A DNA stretch of 36,681 nt from NCBI GenBank assembly GCA_017508315.1, contig JAFVZE010000299.1, positions 1 through 36,681 of the forward strand. The letters are read 5' to 3'. A program made the translations under genes and the position numbers. The notes beneath the pieces were generated by a model. The model did not search any database, was not told the origin of the DNA, and saw nothing but the letters and a program-made list of their open reading frames with translations. Of the stretch, positions 32,475 through 36,681 are shown one piece after another. This DNA is from Kiritimatiellia bacterium (GTDB lineage: Bacteria; Verrucomicrobiota; Kiritimatiellia; RFP12; UBA1067). How positions within the stretch are numbered: the first letter of the stretch is position 1; each line of letters opens with the position of its first letter.

Positions 32475-34521
32475 TCTGATAGTGGTTACGGCGGCCAACG
32501 AAGCTCAGGCCGGAGGGTATCGGGCGCAACTTGCCGGGCGCGGCGGATTTCTCGTGGTGGCCGATCCCGGCGGGCGGCGCGTGGGTTCGCTCGGCGCGAC
32601 GGTCAACGTGCTGCGCAAACTCCGCTATACCGCCGGCGACACCCGGCGCATCCTTGTCTGCCACAGCGGCGGCGACGCCAGACGCACTCCCGGCTATGCG
32701 GCGATGGGCAAGGCGTTTGTGCCGATGGCGGATTCGCGGCCGATGCTCGACCACATCGTCGACGAGATGGACAGACTTCCTTTCCGCAGCGGAGTGCTCG
32801 TCTGCTGTGGCGATGTGATCCCGTATCTCGGCGGCGGCGAGGTGCGCTTCGCCGAACGCGGGGTTACGGGGGTGGCGTACCCCGACGGACCGGGTCGGGC
32901 GCGGCGTCACGGAGTCTACGCGAGCGAGGGGAATGTCGGCTCGCCCGGGCTTTTCAAGGTGACCGCTTTCCGCCAGAAACCCAGAGCGGGCCGAGGGAAA
33001 TTCCTGATCGACACCGGCATAATGCACATCGATCCGCCCACCGCCGCGGCGATGAAGTCGCTGCCTGTCGCCGGCGACATCTACGGGGAGTTTCCGGAAA
33101 TGCTGCTCGGCGGTTTCGCGCCGTTCAGCGTCTCGGTCGTCGGCAGCTGCCGGTTTTTCCATATCGGCTCCTCGAGGGAGCTTTTGAGACTTCTGGGCAG
33201 GGGCGGACGCATCGTCGACGGCGTGGAGGGAAATGAACTGGAGCTCGCCGGAAAGAATATCGTCACCAACGTTCCGCGCGCCTACGGCAAAATCAGGCTC
33301 GGCCGCGGCGAATGTCTTACCTGTTTGCCGCTCGGCCGCGACGAATGGTACGCGCTCAAATACCGGATAGAGGACAATTTCAAGGAAGACGGCCTTTGGG
33401 AGAAACACTCGCTCGGCGAGAAGATGAAGCGCGTCGATCATGCGAGACTGCTGGCGCTGCGCACGAAGCGCCGGCGGGCGGTCAAGGTGACGGCGCCGGT
33501 CAGGATAGATTTCGCCGGCGGCTGGTCGGACACGCCTCCGATATGCTATTCGGAAGGCGGGAGCGTGCTTGCCGCGGCCGTCACGCTCGACGGCAGGCGT
33601 CCGATCGAAGTCGTCGTGCGTCCGCGCAGGGACCGCTTCGTGAAGATCGTTTCGCTTGATCTCGGGAAGCGTTCGCTCATCAGAACCGCGGAGGAGCTTG
33701 ACGATCGCCACGATCCGCACGACTGGCGCTGTCTCGTCAAAAACGCGCTGGCGGTGACCGGATTCAAGTTCGGCGATGAAGGACTTGATATCACGATTTC
33801 CGCCAATCTGCCCAAGGGCAGCGGAATGGGCACAAGTTCGATTCTCGGCGCCGCGACGATCGCCGCGCTGCTCGGGGAGGTCGATGTCGCCAAGGTGGGA
33901 GAGCTTACGCTGCGGCTGGAACAGGAAATGCGCACCGGCGGCGGCTGGGAAGACCAGTTCGCCGGCATGGTCGGCGGGGTCAAGATCATGCGTTCCGTAC
34001 CCGGGCGGGATCAGCGCATCGCCATCGAGCGCATCGGATCCGGAAAGTTCGCGAAAGAACTTGCCGGGCGGTCGCTGCTGTATTTCACCGGACAGAAGCG
34101 CATGGCCCGCAACGTCCTCAGGCGCGTGATCGGATTCTACGCGGAGAATCCCCACAATTTCGCGAAGATTCTCATCGACAGCGTGAAAGCGACGGCCGAA
34201 AAGTCCGCCAAGGCGCTCGCCAGAGGCGACATCGAAGAATTCGCCGCCGGCGTGAACGATTATTGGCGCGACAAGAAACTTCTCGATTCCGGATCCTCCA
34301 ACGAACGGGTCGAAGAAATCGCCGCGACGATAAAACCGTACGTCTCGGCACTTTCGCTCGCAGGTGCCGGCGGCGGCGGCTTCATGTACATTCTGGCCAG
34401 GAGCCCGCAGGCGGCGAAGAAGATCCGCTCGATCCTGTCGCGCAATCCGCCGAGTAAGTGGGCGCGGTTCTACGACTTTGCCGTCGATGAAAAGGGAATG
34501 GCGGCGGAGAATTTGATATGA
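32467..34521 (+). CDS. Fkp-like bifunctional L-fucokinase / fucose-1-phosphate guanylyltransferase (short form)
   Basis: N-terminal fucokinase-family pattern (IVVTAANEAQAGGYRAQL, CHSGGDARRTPGY). C-terminal GHMP kinase motif NLPKGSGMGTSS. Confidence 0.7.
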   Translation: MFDLIVVTAANEAQAGGYRAQLAGRGGFLVVADPGGRRVGSLGATVNVLRKLRYTAGDTRRILVCHSGGDARRTPGYAAMGKAFVPMADSRPMLDHIVDEMDRLPFRSGVLVCCGDVIPYLGGGEVRFAERGVTGVAYPDGPGRARRHGVYASEGNVGSPGLFKVTAFRQKPRAGRGKFLIDTGIMHIDPPTAAAMKSLPVAGDIYGEFPEMLLGGFAPFSVSVVGSCRFFHIGSSRELLRLLGRGGRIVDGVEGNELELAGKNIVTNVPRAYGKIRLGRGECLTCLPLGRDEWYALKYRIEDNFKEDGLWEKHSLGEKMKRVDHARLLALRTKRRRAVKVTAPVRIDFAGGWSDTPPICYSEGGSVLAAAVTLDGRRPIEVVVRPRRDRFVKIVSLDLGKRSLIRTAEELDDRHDPHDWRCLVKNALAVTGFKFGDEGLDITISANLPKGSGMGTSSILGAATIAALLGEVDVAKVGELTLRLEQEMRTGGGWEDQFAGMVGGVKIMRSVPGRDQRIAIERIGSGKFAKELAGRSLLYFTGQKRMARNVLRRVIGFYAENPHNFAKILIDSVKATAEKSAKALARGDIEEFAAGVNDYWRDKKLLDSGSSNERVEEIAATIKPYVSALSLAGAGGGGFMYILARSPQAAKKIRSILSRNPPSKWARFYDFAVDEKGMAAENLI

Positions 34522-34527
34522 TATAAT
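34519..34527 (+). promoter_or_regulatory. Extended -10 box TGATATAAT, 9 nt upstream of ATG 34537
   Basis: Exact TGnTATAAT overlapping the stop codon of the upstream gene. Confidence 0.4.
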
Positions 34528-34536
34528 CTCAAAGCG

Positions 34537-36003
34537 ATGAAAGGACTGAACATAATGAAAAAGACAACGTTGTTTCTTCTGACGGCTGCCGTATCGGTGT
34601 CGGCGACCGCCGCCGAATTCATGGCCGGCTACGCCAAGACCGACATCACTCCTCCGCTCGGAGTGTTCATGCCCGGCTACTACAAAGAGCGCTTCGCCAA
34701 GGAGATTCTCGATCCGCTCGAAGCCGTATGCGTGGCGTTCTCCGACGGCAAAACGAGAGCGGTCGTCATGCAGCTTGATACCGAAGCGGTTTCGGACTAT
34801 GTGGCAGACGGCATGCGCGACGCGGTCGTCAAGGCCACCGGGCTCGACCGCGACGCGATAATCATCCATGCCTCCCATACGCACGACGGCGGCCATCTCG
34901 CGATGAAGCAGAAGATGGGTGCCTCTTCGATCGGCCGCGGCGAGAATGAGATTTCCGAAATCTACAGAAAAATGGCGATCACCCGCGTCGCGGACGCGGC
35001 CGTGAACGCCCTCGCCGACCTCAAGCCCGCCAGACTTTCGTATCAGCGCAGCGTCGCCAAGCGCATCTCCTTCGGCCGCCGCTATCTGATGAAAGACGGC
35101 AAGGTGCGTACGAACCCCGGCGTCAACAATCCCGACATCGTCAAACCTTACGGCCCTCCCGCCGACGAAGAAGTCCAGATCCTGCGTATTGACTGCGAGG
35201 GCGACAAGCCCATCTGCATCATCAACTTCCAGACGCATCCCGACGTCGTCGGCAACGAGACAATCACCGCCGACTGGCCGGGTCTTACGCGCACGGTGTT
35301 CGAGGCGGCGACGATGGGAAAATCGCGCTGCATCGTCCTTAACGGTACGCAGGGCGACGTGAATCACGTCAACGTCATGCCGCGTCCCGGCGAACGCAAC
35401 GGTCTCAAGCGCGACTTCGACGACGTCGACCGCGGCTACGACCACGCCTGGCACATGGCCAACGTCCTTGCCGGCAGTGCGCTTTCGGTATGGATGAAGT
35501 GCATTCCCCTCGAAGCGGGTGAAGTGCGCTTCGCCACGCAGACGGTCCGCGTACCGGCCAACAAGGCGAAGGACACCGACGAGAAGAACCTCGCCTGGGC
35601 ACAGAAGGTGTGGGCGACGCACCAGGCTGGCAAGGACGCCGAGCTTCCCTGGAAAGGCATGGAGCTTACGACCGAGGTCGCGCGCGCGCGCCGCATCATC
35701 AATATGTCCAGACACGCGGATTTCCATAATCTGCCGCTTTGGGGCATCACGATCGGCAAATCGGTCGCGTTCGGAGGCTTTCCGGGCGAGCCGTTCAATG
35801 ACATCGGCAAGCGCATCAAGAAGGAGTCTCCGTTCAAGATCACGCTTCTGACCTGCCTTACCAACGGCAGCCGCGGATATTTCCCGTTCTCGGACGCCTA
35901 CAAGACGGGTGGCTACGAGTCGGCGACTTCTCCGTTCGGACCGTCTGTCGCCGATGATCTCATCGTCGGTAAGCTCAAGCTCCTCAACGACCTTTACAAA
36001 TAA
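34537..36003 (+). CDS. Neutral/alkaline ceramidase-like secreted hydrolase
   Basis: Signal peptide, then AGYAKTDITPPLGVFMPGYY and HASHTHDG segments typical of the ceramidase N-terminal family. ATG 34555 is an alternative start. Confidence 0.55.
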   Translation: MKGLNIMKKTTLFLLTAAVSVSATAAEFMAGYAKTDITPPLGVFMPGYYKERFAKEILDPLEAVCVAFSDGKTRAVVMQLDTEAVSDYVADGMRDAVVKATGLDRDAIIIHASHTHDGGHLAMKQKMGASSIGRGENEISEIYRKMAITRVADAAVNALADLKPARLSYQRSVAKRISFGRRYLMKDGKVRTNPGVNNPDIVKPYGPPADEEVQILRIDCEGDKPICIINFQTHPDVVGNETITADWPGLTRTVFEAATMGKSRCIVLNGTQGDVNHVNVMPRPGERNGLKRDFDDVDRGYDHAWHMANVLAGSALSVWMKCIPLEAGEVRFATQTVRVPANKAKDTDEKNLAWAQKVWATHQAGKDAELPWKGMELTTEVARARRIINMSRHADFHNLPLWGITIGKSVAFGGFPGEPFNDIGKRIKKESPFKITLLTCLTNGSRGYFPFSDAYKTGGYESATSPFGPSVADDLIVGKLKLLNDLYK

Positions 36004-36030
36004 GTCAAACGATCAGGAAAGGGAAATGCC

Positions 36031-36681
36031 GTGGACAAGGTCAAGCGTTACGCGACTTATCTTCTGGTCATCGCCGGATGCGGCGGACTCCTGTTCGATT
36101 TCGGCGGGACTATCATAGGCCCCGCACTGCCCTACATCGGGCCGGTCGACGAGAATCCCGGCAGCCTTGGCCTTTTCACCACGGCGCAGGTTTCCCATCT
36201 TTCCAGCGCCGTCGTTATGTGCGCGGCGCTCGCATGTCTCGTCGCGGGGTGGCTCACGGAGAAGCTCGGGCGCAAGGCGATGATGCTCGTTTCCGCGGCG
36301 ATCGCGGCGCTGGCGTGTCTGCCCATCTGCCTTTTCGAAGGAAATTACACCTTATTCTTCCTCGGACGCGCGATGCAGGGAGTCGCCGCCGGCTTCATCG
36401 GCGTCGTGGTTCCCATGTATCTCGCCGAATGCCTCGACGCGGACAGCCGCGGCAAGGGAGCGGGGATGTTTCAGCTTCTGGACTTCATCGGCATCACGTT
36501 CTGCTCGGTGGTGGGGCTCGCCGTCGTGCACGGCATCGGAGCCGCGGACGACGCGACCGTGACGGCGGCGCGGAAATCGCTCGCATGGAAGACCATTTTC
36601 TGGTCGAGCGCGGTTCCCGCCGTCCTTTTCTTCCTCGGCGCTCTCGGGCTCAAGGAGTCGCCGCGCTGGCTCTACCGCCGC
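36031..36681 (+). CDS. MFS sugar-porter-family transporter (partial, runs off the window; not in the ORF track)
   Basis: My own translation from GTG 36031 (AGGAAAGGG Shine-Dalgarno upstream): ...LLFDFGGTIIGPALPY...GWLTEKLGRKAMM...GRAMQGVAAGFIGVVVPMYLAE...GLKESPRWLYRR. These are the classic sugar-porter motifs. Confidence 0.8.
   Translation, partial: MDKVKRYATYLLVIAGCGGLLFDFGGTIIGPALPYIGPVDENPGSLGLFTTAQVSHLSSAVVMCAALACLVAGWLTEKLGRKAMMLVSAAIAALACLPICLFEGNYTLFFLGRAMQGVAAGFIGVVVPMYLAECLDADSRGKGAGMFQLLDFIGITFCSVVGLAVVHGIGAADDATVTAARKSLAWKTIFWSSAVPAVLFFLGALGLKESPRWLYRR

Noticed and set aside
32362-35727. Very long (1121 aa) minus-strand ORF spanning the fucokinase-like gene, the intergenic gap and most of the ceramidase-like gene
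   Set aside because: Its translation is Arg/Gly/Asp/His/Ala-rich low-information sequence with no motif. It lies antisense to two + strand ORFs that have clear family signatures. This is the typical stop-codon-poor shadow frame of GC-rich DNA.
1-36681. Search by eye for defence systems, toxin-antitoxin pairs, prophage genes, integrases, tRNA or rRNA genes and riboswitches
   Set aside because: I recognised no matching motif. Apart from 1-300, 7248-7344 and 16120-16178, the non-coding gaps are too short to hold such elements. A covariance-model scan would still be needed to exclude small RNAs.

Overview
GC-rich, very compact bacterial chromosomal segment. I call 34 protein-coding genes, all on the + strand. 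Many are chained by ATGA/GTGA/TAATG stop-start overlaps. I saw no rRNA, tRNA, CRISPR array, transposase, integrase or recognisable defence gene. The long minus-strand ORFs in the track look like GC-driven shadow ORFs. Most genes are housekeeping: valS, tyrS, der, cmk, coaB, murF, lpxA, lptF/G, fhs, dus, tadA and an RluA-type pseudouridine synthase. There are also glycan and sugar salvage genes: a periplasmic TIM-barrel plus Tat-Gfo/Idh/MocA pair, a NagA-like gene plus an SSS symporter, and an Fkp-like fucokinase, ceramidase-like protein and MFS porter. lpxA and lptF/G indicate a diderm. A PVC-type lineage is only a guess. The most unusual block is 22550-30684. It holds a Tad-like core reduced to CpaB, an FHA-fused CpaF ATPase and one short TadB-type platform protein, with no pilin, secretin, prepilin peptidase, TadZ or TadC. 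This core is tightly chained to a glycerol-1-phosphate-dehydrogenase-like enzyme, two paralogous GYF-domain proteins carrying (V/I)EKIVE repeats (one with a long coiled coil), and a TPR-plus-unknown-domain protein. Other points worth a second look: extended -10 boxes (TGnTATAAT) sit only 7-13 nt upstream of several start codons, suggesting leaderless mRNAs. The TyrRS HIGH signature reads QAGN. The NagA homologue is barrel-only. One secreted protein has a trypsin-like fold but lacks the catalytic residues. The only sizeable non-coding region (1-300) has a structured layout with a tandem 19-bp repeat and a terminator-like hairpin. All functional calls rest on motif recognition by eye; no database search was possible.
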